From Atractiella rhizophila (Eukaryota), in contig MU271187.1 in assembly GCA_021432655.1 (NCBI GenBank), positions 1-64,000 of the forward strand: a DNA stretch of 64,000 nucleotides. The letters are read 5' to 3'. The first letter of the stretch is position 1; every line of letters starts with the position of its first letter. The notes below the pieces were generated by a model that was not told where the DNA came from, made no database searches, and saw nothing but the letters and a program-made list of their open reading frames with translations. The translations under genes were made by a program, and so were the position numbers. Shown here one piece after another: positions 25,014 to 39,600 of this stretch.

Positions 25014-28000
25014 ATGATGGCGCACTCAAGGTCGTCTTCTGAATCGTCGGAACAGCATCCCCCAGTCGACGAGGCGGCCCAACAAAAATGGGATGCATTT
25101 TATCCGAAGATTGTCAACGTGATAACAGCCCTAGGCGGATGGGAAGAGGTACTGATAGAGAATGAAGATGGAGACAAAGAACTTGTGAAAGTATATAAGG
25201 TGGGCGAAGAGGTAACAGGTGGGGCTCGTTGTCTCAGCATAGAGGGTTAAATTCGATATCGTCATTAGGCTGCTTGAAGGATTTGAAGCGGTTCTTCCGC
25301 TTGGACGATCATGACCCTGATAGGACGGTTCTCAAGATATACTACAAGCAAGGTCTACTTCAAAAAGACCTCATTCCCATCCTCCAGAGCATGCATAAGG
25401 AAACGGATGGATTCCAGCGAAGCGGCACGAAGCGAGAGAAGAGAATTGCCCTGATGACCGGTTCGTTGCGGTATCTGTGAAGCTTCTTCATATGCTGAAT
25501 CATCGAACAGCTGAATTAATTTGCGCTCTGATTTGGCCATTGGACGTCCCTGAAGAACTCAAAGAATGGGCCGACCTCACAGCAGGTGCAGCAAAGGTCG
25601 ACGTCAACAGTCAGTTGACGTACCATCTAGAGTACAAAAGTGCCATTCTTAACTCTGAGATTCTTGGTCACCTCCTTGCTCTTTGCTCAGAAAATCTTGG
25701 AAAGAGTAGGAAGGTTCGAGCGGAGATTGACGAGAGCATCATCACCCTCTTCCTACACATCATTCGCAACCTCGCGTTTATCCGTGATAGGGGCACTGGC
25801 ATGGGGCAAAACCTACAAGTGAGCCAAACCTTTCCACTTAGGTTATTTTAAAGTTTACGCCTGTGTGTACAGTCCACCTTAATCCATCAGCTCTCGCAAC
25901 ACTCTATTTTTGATTTGATGTTGACGATTGCCTCGTGCTCCGACTCGCCAGAGTTCTCACCTTGGAATATACTCACGATGGAAATCTTTTGGCTCATTTT
26001 TCGCTGCGTTGAGAACCCAGAGGATTTATGGATTGGTATGGATAGTGGGACGTCTGCAGGCGGAAGTGTGCGCATTCCTGATTCTAAAGTCGACATCTAG
26101 GCTTATAACTGAGTGTCAGATCGCGTCTAACAAACTGTCCAATCTTCTGGCTTTGGAAGATCATGAAAAACGCTTCACCAAGAGGCATGAAACCACGAGG
26201 CACAGCCGTTTTGGCACCACATTGCAGCTCAGCGTCGTAGGTTGAAGCACCCGTTTATTCGTTAGTAAGCACTGAAGTGATTTCAGGGTGACTATAAGTA
26301 CATCCTGCACAAGCAATCGGCCATTACCAAGGCACCAGGAGACACCATTGACGAACGCAAGAGGATGCGAGCTAGCAAGACGCGTGCACATGTAAGCTTT
26401 TGCCCCATCTATAACTGTTTGCAGAATCTCATATGGCTAAAGAATGATCTGATCGCTTCAACAACTCTCAAGCCGTTTGCTGTGAACATTTTACGCTCGG
26501 TTGCCATCCAATTTATTGAGCATAGCTTCAATGGTCTGTATCGTCTTTAGTGTGTCGAAGAAGTCGCCTGATGAAATGCCAGTTTTCTTCTCATCAATTC
26601 TTTCTGATATCCGAATGGAAAGGGCAAAAGTCAAGCAGATGGATGCCGTCCGTCTAATGTTCTTGACGAGGTTCTTCCTTGAGTTCTTTAGGCGGCTAAA
26701 GTCGTCGAGATCAGCTAGTTGTGGATGGGATTTGATTGGGGATATGTTGGACCCCAGCAGTTTCGCCTTTGTCGTTGCGAGAATGAAAATGGCGCACGAA
26801 GAAAAGGTTCGTCTGCTGTCGCAATCGACGCAATACTGAATGAACTATCAGCCAATTCTCTGGACAGAACTGCACGCAGGCGTAGACTGCTTTATTCAAA
26901 TGGTGAGTCTACCTTTGACGCCTCGAAAATCTAATCAGCCTCTAGCTTTTGGCTATTGAAGAACTTTCCCAATCAGCAAACGAAGACGATAAGGACCTTT
27001 CTGACATTCTTCAAAACAAGTTGTACTACGAAGGAGAGACTTTGGATATGATACTGAAACTGATGGGGACTTACAAGGATCAGTCTGTGCAGTATGTACG
27101 CCGATTCCCCGACTGTTCCAACCTGACCGTTCCATTAAGGTATTTAAACTCGGTGGTTCAGCTTGCTTTCGTTCTGCTACGAATGCTAGAAAAATATTCC
27201 AAAAGCAAAGCTCACATGTACATTCGTAAAAAAACAATACGACGAAACAAGAAAAAGGGTATGGATTTCCACATCATTAATGTAGAAGTCTTTTACTCTG
27301 GCGGTAGCAAAGAAATCCGCTGACGAAAAAATCGAGGCGGAACTTCCACTTGCCATGGAAGAAGAAGACGGAGAGATAGAGACTGGAGAAAATTCTTACC
27401 GAGAGCACGCTTTTACGTTCGAGGTGTTTGAAGCAGTAAGTCATGAACCAAAAGTATCTCGTGGCTAACAGATACGAAATAGAAATTCGCTACAGAAAGC
27501 ATTCTCAAAACTCTCATCGTATTTCTGCAGCGATACCAAGAATTTGTTTCCACGGATCAAATGAAGTGGGTTGTGAACCTCCTGCATAGACAAGCCATCA
27601 AAGCCCAGATGGAAACCATCTTCTTCAGGGTACGATTTTGCTGGCTCCATAACTACCCGACTGAACTGCATTCAGGTTTCCGTTCTTGAAACATTTCATA
27701 TGATCCTCGAAAATCAACGTCGCTTGCCCAAAACTCAACCATATCAAGACTTAATCAAACTGATCCATTTTGTGCTCAAGAAGTTTTTTAGAACAGTTGA
27801 AACCAATCCATTTGCTGTGGCAGAGGTGAGTGACCAGGACCGTCGTCAGTGTACACTGACACTAGCAAGGCATTCTTTCCACGACGTGTTGTGGGTGGCA
27901 TCGCGAAACCAGGGGAAGATTCGGAAAGCGACTTGGAGAAAGAGCACTCAAAGAAGGTATGATTTGATCAGCGTCTGCCTCCTTTTTTCTGATTTTACTA

Positions 28001-29293
28001 TTCAGCCAATGCGCCTTCCGGCAGAGTTGGTAATTGAGGAAGGTAAGCGAGTGGTTCTCAATTTGGCAGCAAATCGAATCAAGTCATGCGCAGAGTTACC
28101 GATGTCCCAAAAGATCGCTATTGCAGTCGGCTGTCTCGCAGAAAAGAACGAAGAATATCTTCTGGAGTGGGTAAAAAACGTGAGTGCGCGCCGCAATCTG
28201 CCTTCGGCCTTTCTGATACCACGAAAAGCAACTTGCTTTTGCTGCCGGTTTTAGAACGCAGATAATGTTAACTGCTGGCGAAGAACCGGACTCGCTATCG
28301 GAAGGCACCGCCAACAAGTTCGAAGATTATGGTAAGTCGTCCAAACCACTCTTTCTCAGGTTAGGGTAAATCGATTGCACAGTCGTGCGATTTGACACCG
28401 TAGATGCCCAGCGTGCGGCGACAAAAAACTCACATCTTAAGATGCTGTTGCGGCTTCTGGGCTGGACGAGCGACGAAGGTGGGCACAGACGTGCAGCGAT
28501 TTTTAGCTTTGATGCTGAAACCGTTGCACAGATCGCAAAAATAAAGCTCTCATCTGGACCATCCCGAACAATAGACGACCGAACGACCTGGCCGTTGATA
28601 TCAACCTTTTGGACGAGTATCTTGTCAACCCATGGAACATGGATGGTAAAGCACCGACGGATTTTGTTAGGAAGGTCAAGAGGAAGCGTGCTCCGAAGAA
28701 GCAACTGCAGGACGACAACTCGCACGAACTGCAAGATGTCAGCGAAGCGGACCAAGCTACTTCCGTTGATGGCGAACTTAAGATTCGGAAACCTCGAACT
28801 GGCAAGAGAAAGACTAAAAATGCCCTGGCAACCCAGGCGGACAATGATGAGAGACCAAGTCGAACGAGGAAACGTCAGCAGGAGGCAAAGAAGTTCAAGA
28901 GTGCCCAATTCATCAACAGCGACGACGATAACTGGTCGGAAGGCGAAGATGCGGCTTTCTTCGAACGGGAGAGGAAGCAAAGGTCGGTTCTCACTTCTAT
29001 GAGCTTATCTAGACTTAGCAAACTTCAGGTTGCAAATGACCGAGCAGAACGCGAAGGGAGTCCTCAATCCAGCTTCCAAAGACACCAAGTCTCGACGGGC
29101 ACCGAAACGAAGACGGAGACAGGAGCATGGTGAGGGAGACCCGCTACCTTCGACAGATCTTGAAGTTGAACGTGAGATGCCGCCTCCAACTCCTTTAAAC
29201 GACGCGGAAAATGGAAGCGACGTAGAGACCTTTCAGCCTGTGAAGAAACGCATCAAGAAGATAGTCATTGAAAGTGACCGCGAAGACGACTGA
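25014..29293 (+). CDS. TOF1: Replication fork protection protein TOF1/Swi1/Timeless, many exons
   Basis: ITALGG...YKVGEE...GCLKDLKRFFRLDD, ELICALIWPL, LHIIRNLAFI, TRHSRFGTT, LQNKLYYEGE, LRMLEKYSK, C-terminal KSAQFINSDDD...FFERE. Confidence 0.9.
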
Positions 29294-31279
29294 TTCCAAG
29301 ATCCTGTAGAATAGTTGGTGCGTCCGGGGTAGATGCATTCCTTTCACACATTCAGCGCCTGTTGTAGAGAAACCGTGAAGTACAATTGTTCCCGTTTCCC
29401 ATAAGCTATGGCAGGGAAGTTCTCACTCTGGGGCCTTTAGAAGATGTTCGAAACGGGCATAGTCTTGATGTCCATATGTGAATCATATAAGGTTCATTCT
29501 TCTCATCGTGGCGTTTCATTGACCATAAGCAGGAAATTCCATCTAAGTCTATGCCGACTTTGAATTGCCTTGATGGCGCTTCCTCTTCAATCCATCAACA
29601 CGGATATCGTTTGATAAGTACGTACGTATATTTTCGCGGGATCAAGTGAGAAAAAAGCAGAGATATGGAACGCACTGTCGGACAGAAGTGTTTTTATCCA
29701 CTGTAGATCGGGTGATGTGACTTTGGTCCACTGTTTACCACCTTAGGATAATGACGGAGCAGCGCAAAAATCGACTGCGTTGATAGGAACACAGTATTAG
29801 CATCTGCCATCATTTTCTGACGCTAGAAGCCGATAAACCTTCGATGTGCTCGTTTTTGAATCAGCTAGTCACTGCTTTTCATCTGTCACAATTTTTTGGT
29901 GGCGCATGCAAATTTCCTTGCATCGTGCTCTCATTTCACTGTGATGGGAAAGTTCTCATCACTTGCTTGTTTCTAGTATGACTACAAAGCTCCTCACCCT
30001 GAGAATTTGTGTTCGCTTGTTCCAGAAACAATCCATGAGAATCTTCAGTGGAATTTATGCATAAAGTGTAAATGGCTGTGCGTTTGCCTCTTCCCAGAAT
30101 CGAAAATTATCCAAGTTGGAAACTGGCAATCCTCGGTGAAATTTCGAAAGACCTCAGTCCTGTTACAGCGTCAACTTTCTCATCATCGATGAGCTATCGT
30201 GCCCCCTTCCATCCGGGCCTTAAAAAAGACAGGAGATTCGGCTGTATGAAGAGGTATTTCGAACAACAAATTGCAGAGTTCGTACGGCATGGAAATTTCC
30301 ACACTCATCTCGTGTTGGATCTCAGCTAGATTATGTTGCAACATTGTTGCATCATTGAAGACGCGTTGAAGTGGACACGGATGCAGTTCTCGGTCAAAAT
30401 ATTCAATGCACTGTCAGAACCATAGAATGAGGGACTGTGAGAGGAGGACTAACAAGTGAGATAGCACAACGGTTTGGCTACTGTGGCTTTCAGAGTGAGT
30501 ATAGGGAAATTATTTCCTAGAGCACAAGACAGCTGCGATCCGTTCGCTCTGAGCCACAGTAGGAAGTCAAGAAGTAAAAGGCTCCATGTAGATATTCCCA
30601 AACTATCATGATGTGGAGACTCTACAGAGTGAGCGGGCGCAATTTTCCACACGCACAGCCAGCCATGTGTTCCAGTGCTGCTTGTTGATCACCAATTCAG
30701 CTTCTAGAAAACAATATCGCCAGACGCCTCGGAGTGACTAACAGGAACTTGACGCTCGTCCTTAAGAAACAGCTATAAACGATTTCTGCACGCCGAAAGT
30801 AGACGTAATGAATGATGGCTGAAAACGCGGCTCGAATATAAGGAACATGCATCGTGAACTATTGGAAAAGCAATAGCTATCAATCATGATATTAAGATGA
30901 CAAGGAAATCATGCCCCGGCTGAATCACTGGAGGAAATTCAACACAAATTATGGTAAGAGCAATAATCGGCATGGTCACGCTAAAAGTCTGATGAAATGA
31001 AAACAAAACACTGATATTGTATTCGCTTAAGCACGCATCTCGGAATAGGCCGATTTCTTCTTAGCATATTCTGGGAAAGGCTCTCAACACATTCCCTACT
31101 GTCACTGTAGCAAAACAGGTAATGTCTAGTCCAAGTGAGTTCGTTGAAAAGAATGACGAATGAAATAAATATCATCTCTGGCGGTCGGAATCACCGTGAT
31201 CCATGCCAGTTTCCTTGACTCAGAGAGTTCGCTACTTAGCTACTCCCACCAAGTTAAGTCACAAGCCTATAAGGTGTTG

Positions 31280-32982
31280 ATGATGGCGGAACCATCCATT
31301 TCAGCTCCCATAACCTCTATCCCGGCACAAACAGAAGCCGCAGAGCAGAAAGTCACTCCTTGGGATGTGGAAGGAGCTGTCGTTGACGGGCAGCAGGTTG
31401 GAGGGCTCTCTTCTTCTCCGATCTCACTAACTCGTGTTTGGATAGGTTGCGATAGATTACGACAAGCTCATAGTACAATTCGGGACGAGATTGATAGATG
31501 CAGCTCTGCTAGAAAGATTTGAACGTTTGACGGGGAAGAAGCCACATGTGTTACTTCGGAGAGGAATGTTTTTCTCTCATCGGTTTGTCCTTCACATTTT
31601 TCCTCGAATTGAAATTCAATCGCCTGACACTTGAAATAGAGAGCTGGATAAAATTTTGGATCGTTACGAACAAGGGAAACCTTTTTTTCTGTATACAGGA
31701 CGAGGGCCATCGAGCGATTCGATGCATATGGGACATATGATACCCTTCACCTTCACCGCGTCCGTTCTTTCTTGATGTCCTTAATAGATTATTTCTGAAC
31801 ATTGTTTAGCTGGTTACAATCTGTTTTCCAGTGTCCTCTTGTCATCCAACTCACTGACGACGAGAAGTTCTTGTTCAAGACTGGTCTTACAATCCCACAA
31901 GTGCAGAAGTTTTCTTTTGAGAACGCTCGCGATATCATTGCTTGTGGCGTGGATCCCGATAAGACCTTCATCTTTTCCAATCTCGATTACGTGGGAGGAG
32001 CCTTCTATCACAACGTTGTCAAGGTTTCGAGGGCGATCACAGCGAATCAATCGAAAGCCACCTTTGGTTTTGTTGACACGTCAGTTTCCCTTCCTCACTC
32101 AGCGAATGTGCACGCTCAAAGAGAACAAACCAGCGACTGCATTGGCAAGCTCCATTTTGTATCCGTCCAAGCGGCACCGTCTTTCTCCAACTCATTCCCC
32201 CAAATTTTCGGTGACGTTTCCAACATTCCATGCCTCATCCCCTGCGCGATTGATCAAGTTGGCCCATCTCTTCATTTTTGCAGATTCGCTGATAGCAGAC
32301 AAAGGACCCGTATTTCAGGCTGACGCGTGATGTCGCCACCAGACTGAAATACCCCAAACCAGCTTTGTTGCATTCCAAATTCTTCCCCTCCCTCTTAGGA
32401 CCACAGAGCAAGATGTCGGCATCGAACGAGAGCAGTTCGATATACATGACCGACAGTGCCAATCAGATCAAGAACAAAATCAACAAGTATGGTATCTTCA
32501 CCGGTTCCGATAGTAGCAGTTCATGACGAGTGAGATAGATATGCCTTCTCAGGTGGGCGAGAGACCGCTGAAGAGCATAGGAGGCTGGGAGGCAATCCGG
32601 ACGTGGATGTCTCTTACCAATACCTCACTTTCTTCCTGGACGACGACGAAGAGATAGCTCGTGTTGCCAAAGTGCGTACCCATATCTCCCGTTAGTAGCG
32701 CCACAAGCATTCAAGTTGATAATGGGATGTTTAGGAGTATCGGGCGGGGAACCTTCTTACTGGAGACCTGAAAAAAATGTGTATTGAAATGCTTCAAGAG
32801 TTTGTGAAGAACTTTCAAGAGGTATGTTTCTTGTGTGCTTGTGTTCTTGGACTGATTCTATTCCGCATCCATAGAGGAAGAAAAAGGTGACAGATGATGA
32901 GGTTAGACGATACATGGATAAAAATCGCAAGATTGATCCTAGTTGTGGCAAAGCGATTAATGCTCCTAGCACAGGTTCATAG
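31280..32982 (+). CDS. WRS1: Cytoplasmic tryptophanyl-tRNA synthetase, multi-exon
   Basis: [61 protein letters not shown]. Confidence 0.97.
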
Positions 32983-33017
32983 AACATTGTAGTGATGGTG
33001 TATAGTTGTTACAACAA

Positions 33018-34617
33018 TCAACCTGGAATCAATCTCCAGACGATATTTCCCAAGATCCACAGACCAATGCCAGTCGTCACTCGCTCGACCCACCATAAAA
33101 GCCTTTTCCTGTCCTTTAAAGCGAACCGCTTTCGGTTCGTTGTCCACCTAATGATTGCGTTCAGAAATCCTTCCTCTGCCTTATCCACCTCTTCAAACAA
33201 TAATATCTCAAGCATCTGATGCCCGTCCAACTGTGAGAGTGGCAGAAGGTTGAAGAACGCCAGGGCGAGGGAGAGGGCGTAGCAGTTATCGGTCACGCTT
33301 TTCCACCAATACAACGAGGACAAAGGGAGCCAGGTGAATCGCGGAACGAAGAGGCCACTGTGGATTTGAGCGTACAGATCCCTCTTCGTACCTTGATAGA
33401 GCACGGTACGCTCGCTGTCCTGCTTCACGCTCTCATTCACAACCGTATTCCGAAGGGAAAGACGAATTAAATGCTCTGTCTCCATCGGGCGTAAACACCA
33501 CTCTTCTTTAAACACGTCTTTGTCCTTGCTTCTTGCGCATTCCTCATCATTCGTGCACCGCTTTAGAGGGGGAGAAGCTAGTAACAGCACGAAAGGATCG
33601 ACACACGCGTCCTTCGCCGTCGAAGGGGGTAGAGGTAACGTTTCCATGCATGTGAGTGGTTCTCCGTTCTCCAACAGGTCCAGATCCGGCGTGTCACAAC
33701 AAGCGGTCGTTGAAGACCGCGACATTGAGATGGGATAGCACCATCCTTGTCTGTCCCACTTTTCTAAATGCACATTGGGATGGAGGAGGTAACTGGTCCA
33801 TTCGTCCTTTCCCTCTTGCCCAAAAACGGCTGTCACGGGATGATCGTCCACCCGGACTATCTCCTCTCCAGACATCACCTCACTACGAAGCGGACTATTG
33901 CCTTCTACAGCGTATACGAAGACTCCTTCCCCTCCCATTCTGTGTCGGTAGAGGAGGAAGGACGGTGAAGGGAGCGGGAGGAGGAGGAGGAAGCAGATGA
34001 GCACGTTGTGCCAGACTCCAGCTGCGGCGACGCGAAATCGCGCGGAGGCGGAGAGGGAAGGGCGGAGGCTGTGGGATGCGCGGTCTGGGAAGGTGACGGA
34101 GAGGGCGGGGAAGAACGGAGGGAGGAGGGTGAGGGTGTGCATCGACGGCGGGTTCGCATGTCTGCTTTCTGATTAGAATTGTGTATCAATCGTGTTTAGC
34201 GGACGGAAAGACGTACGCCACTCCGGCTAGACCGTGTCCTAATTCATGGAATGATTGGGCGAAGACCAACGCGGGCAGGACAACGGTGAGAAACTGGAGC
34301 CAGGGAATAGTGAGCCCAGGGAGGAGCAGCTTGACTCCACCGTCAGAGTTATCGGGGTGCTGGTTGCTCCGCTGGAGGATGGGGGAGAATGCGAGGAGGA
34401 GGAGTGCGACCCATGCCGCTACCAGTGAAAGAAGGACGAAGAAGGCTCCGACGGCATAGAAGGTCCTGAGAGGGCGGAGGGAGAAGAATGCGGCTATGGT
34501 GCTGGGGACGGAGTTAAAGTACGGGAGCGGGATAGAGAAGCCGGTGGCGGATGTGTGCTGTGGGAATTTGAGGAAGAGAAAGAGCCACAACAGAGCAAGG
34601 AGAGTGAAGCTCAGCAT
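33018..34617 (-). CDS. MBTPS2: Site-2 protease (M50 intramembrane zinc metalloprotease), 2 exons
   Basis: HELGH zinc motif, AAGVWHN, PDZ-like and Cys-rich insert, FFNLLPLSQLDG. Confidence 0.9.
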
Positions 34618-36656
34618 CGAATTTGAAAAATCGGGGATGAGCGCGGGAAGACGGGTATCGGAGCATCCCGACGACAACTCCAAACCATGCAACTTCCTCC
34701 GGGGACGTGGATTGAAGCTTGCTGCCTGGTTATTAAATGGTGTGCCTTGGGTGTGCTCTGAAATCTGAATGTGAACGCCCGAATCACGAATCACGATATG
34801 TCCCCCAACCACAGAAGCAAACTTCCGAAGTACGCCGCTTCAGAGTTTCATAGTTTCGTCATGCAGCAGTACGGTAGTGCCGAGAAGCCTGACGCTTACT
34901 TTAAGGTGGAGTGTTCGCTATGGGGAACGTACGAGATGGAGATCCCGGTCAAGTGGAAGAGAAGTGAGAGCCTAAGGTCGATTAGGCACAAGCGAAGCAA
35001 AGACTCCATTGATCGGAAGACTATACTCCTGAGGTGAAGACTAATTATGGGCTGAGGGTTTGTTTCTGGATCCTGGAGCTCCAGAGCTCCAACGCTCAGA
35101 GATGCTATCCAGAGTCCTTTACGGTTCTGCTGGCACAACATTCCCAGCATTCTCAAGCTTCTATGTTCCGTTCTATCAAGCGTCGTTTCGGCCGACGGCC
35201 AGGTCGGCCGGCCAATTTTGAATCTTCCATGTTTCTCATAGAGTGAAATGTATTCGATCAACTGCAACACTTCAAGATTACCACGCGCCATTCATTTTGA
35301 ATCATGTCTCCTTTCTTCTGTAGTTAGCATAATTTCCTCCTCTATGTCTCACTCAACGACGCGTGACACGATAGCCGTCGATTGGTGCAAATATGGTAGG
35401 CGAGGGTAGGGAGGAGAAAGAGGTGAACATTGCCACAAAGGATGTTTTGAAGACATATCATAGCAGCATGAGTAACTTGACAAACGCGTTGTCAAAATCG
35501 CGCGTACCTTCGAGCTGAGCTCAGTTGAACTTAGAAACCAGCAATTTTTACGCGCTGATATCCGCTATGTGTATCCATGATCATATTTCTGAGCCTCAGT
35601 GGCATCATGAAGTACAACAGAACAACGCCTATCCGCAACGGTCTGAGTCTGAAGGTAACAAGGATCGTCAAGACGATTTGGGAGATGGATTCATTTGTCA
35701 ATGACTGGGCAACGTCAATCAACAACGATTGTAGACCATCCAGTTAATAATAGGTGGATTGAATGTATGAGACGCTGTCATTGTTCAGTAGTGAAGGTAA
35801 TATTAATAAGTGACACTTCCTGATCAAATCTTCGGTTTCTGCAGAGGTAGAAGTGCAGGACCGAAGTTCAGGACTCTGGATAATGAAGTTTGGATTGGGG
35901 ATGGGAGGATTGTCTCCCATGCTTTGTTCGTTCATGCCGAAAACTATTTCGACTGTGCCATCCGAAAGGCAAAGGGGCACAGATATAAAGAAGTTGGCGC
36001 AACTTTGGCGCGGAGGTCAGAAGGGAGAATTATAACGCCGGAGATTTGCTGTTTGTTGGGGTGGCGAAGAAAGGGCCAGAAGGGCAACGAAGATGCACGA
36101 GCCTTCTCGGTTTCAAATATTCACACCCTAAAGTGTCCCAATTCCAATCCCGTTCAAGCAGTGGTTCCCAGAGCGGAGCGGAGATGCACTTGATATCCTT
36201 CATTGTGGCTGCTTCCCTTCACACTCAGATATGGGATTCATTCATGAATCAATCATCGTCCACAGAGTCAACTTGGATTCCTGCGTGTCCTGAGAAGGAG
36301 AACTTGCCATCGTTCTGTGGTGTTCTATCTTCTATTCCAATAGTCACGGTCTAGCTGCATAGATCGACGAACTATAGTGTGGGATCAATTACTGAGCCGG
36401 GTCCGCAGACTCTTCGTCTAAACACTTCGTTACTTTTTCACCATTTATTAGGCAAGCATTCGTTTCCAAGCAGCAGTTCCCCATTTCAGGCGTGGCCGCT
36501 ATTTCACGCACTCAGGACGTCACACGGCTCTGTCTGGCCTATCCCGTCCATTCGCTCCTTATTGCCCGTCAGCTCCTACCCTTCCTTCAAAGTCCCACTC
36601 GCCACTTTTCTTTCTTTGGCTAATTTTATCGCATCCGACCATATCTTCGACCGCAG

Positions 36657-39600
36657 ATGGAGTGCGAATATGTGCAGGCCCTGTATTCCTTTCATCCTCT
36701 GTCCACCCCTTCGACTTCGGCAGCAGCCGCGAGTGCCATGGAGGCTTGTCTCGATTTCAAAGTGGGACAGTGGATCAGAATCATCAATCGCGACGCCAGC
36801 GGGTGGTTTGATGGCGAAGTAAGCGATAGGAGCGATGGGGAGGACGAGGAATACGTTAGTGCGGTCAAGGGAAAGAGGAAGAAGTTCAAGCGCGGTTGGT
36901 TTCCCAGCAACTATGTGGGAGAACCTATCTGGAGGAGGGTGACGGGGGAGGAGGAGGTCGTGGAGGAACTCCATTTAGTCAGGAAATCTACCGCAAAGGT
37001 ATGCCCTTTTCCGTTTATGAAGGATGACAAGTAAACACTGGTGTGGCGCAGCGACAGTCTCCGCCTCCATCTCCTACCCTGTCAGAGGCAACGCGTCAGA
37101 ATTCCCTTGCATCTGAGTATTCTACCAATTCACGTCTCTCACATCAACCTTCAACCTCCTCCCTCGCCTCCAACAGCACATTCACCTCCGTCTCCACAAC
37201 GTTCTCATCTGGCGTAACTCCGACTCCCTTGACTTCCCTCCTCCCACCTCTCCAGAAAGCCCTTTCTTCCCTGCGATCGCAAGCTTTCTCGACGCTTTCT
37301 TCGCCCATACCTATTCCTTCGACGCCCGGATCTATTTATCACGCCCGCGTGTCCACACTTATCGCTTCTATCCGCAATATCCTCCAGCAGACCGGTTGCC
37401 TAACACGTGATGGAATACGCGAAGCCACCGCCTCGCTTTCTCAGGAGAGCATTGATTCGTTGTCTCAGAAGCGGAAAGAAGTGATAGATGGCATTTCTGC
37501 CCTTTTCGAGGCTGCGAAGAAGGCAGGGAGGGGGAAGGCATCAGGGGATAAAGAAGCTCCTAAACTTATTCGAGAAATGGTTACCCTTGCGAGTGACTTG
37601 TTGGGAAGAGCAGAAGCGTTCTTGATCGAAGCGCAAAGAAAGGGCATTGGCTTGCTGTCAGAGAGAGACAAGAGGATAGAGGGATCACCCACCAGCACCA
37701 GGAGCGAGCCAATTAAAGGCCTGGTTGGCTTGGGAGTCACCTTTTCGGATAGCTATAATGTGGATAGGGGGAAGCGCCTGCCGAGGTATAGCAGCCTTGG
37801 TGGCCCAAACCCTTCCAGATTGCTTGGTTCGAGGTCGAGCTCCGCAGGCACAGTGCCTACACTTTCTTCCATTTCTTCGGATGCGAACGACGACGACGCA
37901 CCCCAAGTCGCAATCGCTCCCCTTAATGTGAAGAAGCGGCGGAGGCGGGATGAGAGAGAGAGAAGGGGCTCATTTGAGAGTCAGATGTCTCATTCAACCC
38001 AGTTCTCCACAGCCAGCACCTCTACATCTCCATCGGCTTCAGTCTCTGATCTGAGCCATTCGGCTGCTTCGACTTCCTCGTCTGGAACGGGAGATAGCAG
38101 GTTGTTACGGTTGAATGTGAAGGACAAGAGCGTGAGAGGAATTGTGAAGGAGGCGGAGAAAGTGCACGATCGTTTGCTCAGCACGACCGCTAGTTTCGTT
38201 TTCAATGTGCATGCCATCGGGAGGGACAGTCACGCTAGCAGCTGGGTGCATTTGTGAGTATTCCTCTCTCTCCCATGACCAACAGGCCTTATGTGGTGAA
38301 CTAGGATCGACATAACGCGAGAGATCATTGAACGCGTACGAGAGCTCCTCGTGATTGTCGAAGAACTGGAACGTCGGCATACGCCACATTCACAGTCTCT
38401 CGATGCCCCCAATCGAGAACTAGGTGTACTCATCCGCACCAAAGACTCCCTCTACATGGGCACATCCTCCCTTGTCACTGCTGCTCGCACGCTCTTCACT
38501 GCAGGCCCGCAATCGCAACCCTTGTCTCGAGGATCAAGCCGAGACAGTACCAACAAACCGCTACCTCAGATACCCCGACCTACAACCGCATCGTCGGATA
38601 GCGATAGCGATGAAGATGAGGAAAAGGCGGATTTACTCCAGTGCTCAACCACAGTCTTGCGCTGCAGTGGTGAATGTGTTGCTGCTCTGAAGCTAGTTCA
38701 GAGGGCAACAAAGATGTGGAATGATCCTCCACATCGCGAACCTGATAGTGGATCATCATTACTTGTCTCCACCCTTTCAGCTTGGCAATCTGGTCAACCC
38801 GATGATGACCAAAATCTCCAACAATCCAATCAAAGGAGAAGCAAGCATACGCTTTCGATGCTTGGACGGAAGGCTACGAGTTTAACTTGCTTACGGGAGC
38901 GATACGAGATGGAGAGTGCTGAGAGCCACGCGATGTCCAGAGGGCCGTCCAGCAGGACTGACACGATAGAGGAAGAGCCTGAGACTGAGCGCGAGGACGA
39001 TAGCCAGACCGTCGGAACGGCCGTCTCTCCCTCCAGCACTCAAACTGATTTTGCCGTGCCGGTCAAGATTCGTCCGCCCAGTGATCCATACGACGATCGT
39101 GACACTCCTGTCCCTGGCTACCCCCAAGGTCGCCCACGAGCTCGACCCTTGAGCACGTATTCCTACGCACCGTCCGATATCTCGAGCGACGCTGCCTTCT
39201 CTTCAGCATCTCATGTACAACCTCAGCATGACTTGCTCAGTCCGTCACCTTCGGTTCGCTCAATTTCGTTGACCTCCACGGAGAGCGAGCAGGCGAGGCG
39301 GAATTCGATGGGCATACTCGCTGGACCAACCACCGAGTTCTCGAGTGATACCAGCTCTGTTCACAGCCACGTCTTGGAAACACCGGCAAGCTCGACTGCC
39401 AGCTTGTTGGATCGCGATTACGAACCGAAGGAAATCTCGTTCAATGCCAGTGGACAAATCACTGGTGGCACGCTCAGGAGCCTAGTAGAGCGCCTTTCAC
39501 TACATTCACAGACTATCGACGCCAGCTTTGCCTCAACTTTCTTCCTCTGTTTCCGACTCTTTACTTCTCCCATCGACCTCGTCTATGCTCTTTTCGATCG

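Noticed and set aside
34620..36650. Short ORFs in the S2P-RasGEF gap, and likewise at 29300-31200 and 48250-49300
   Set aside because: No recognisable motifs, inconsistent strands and no convincing exon chain.
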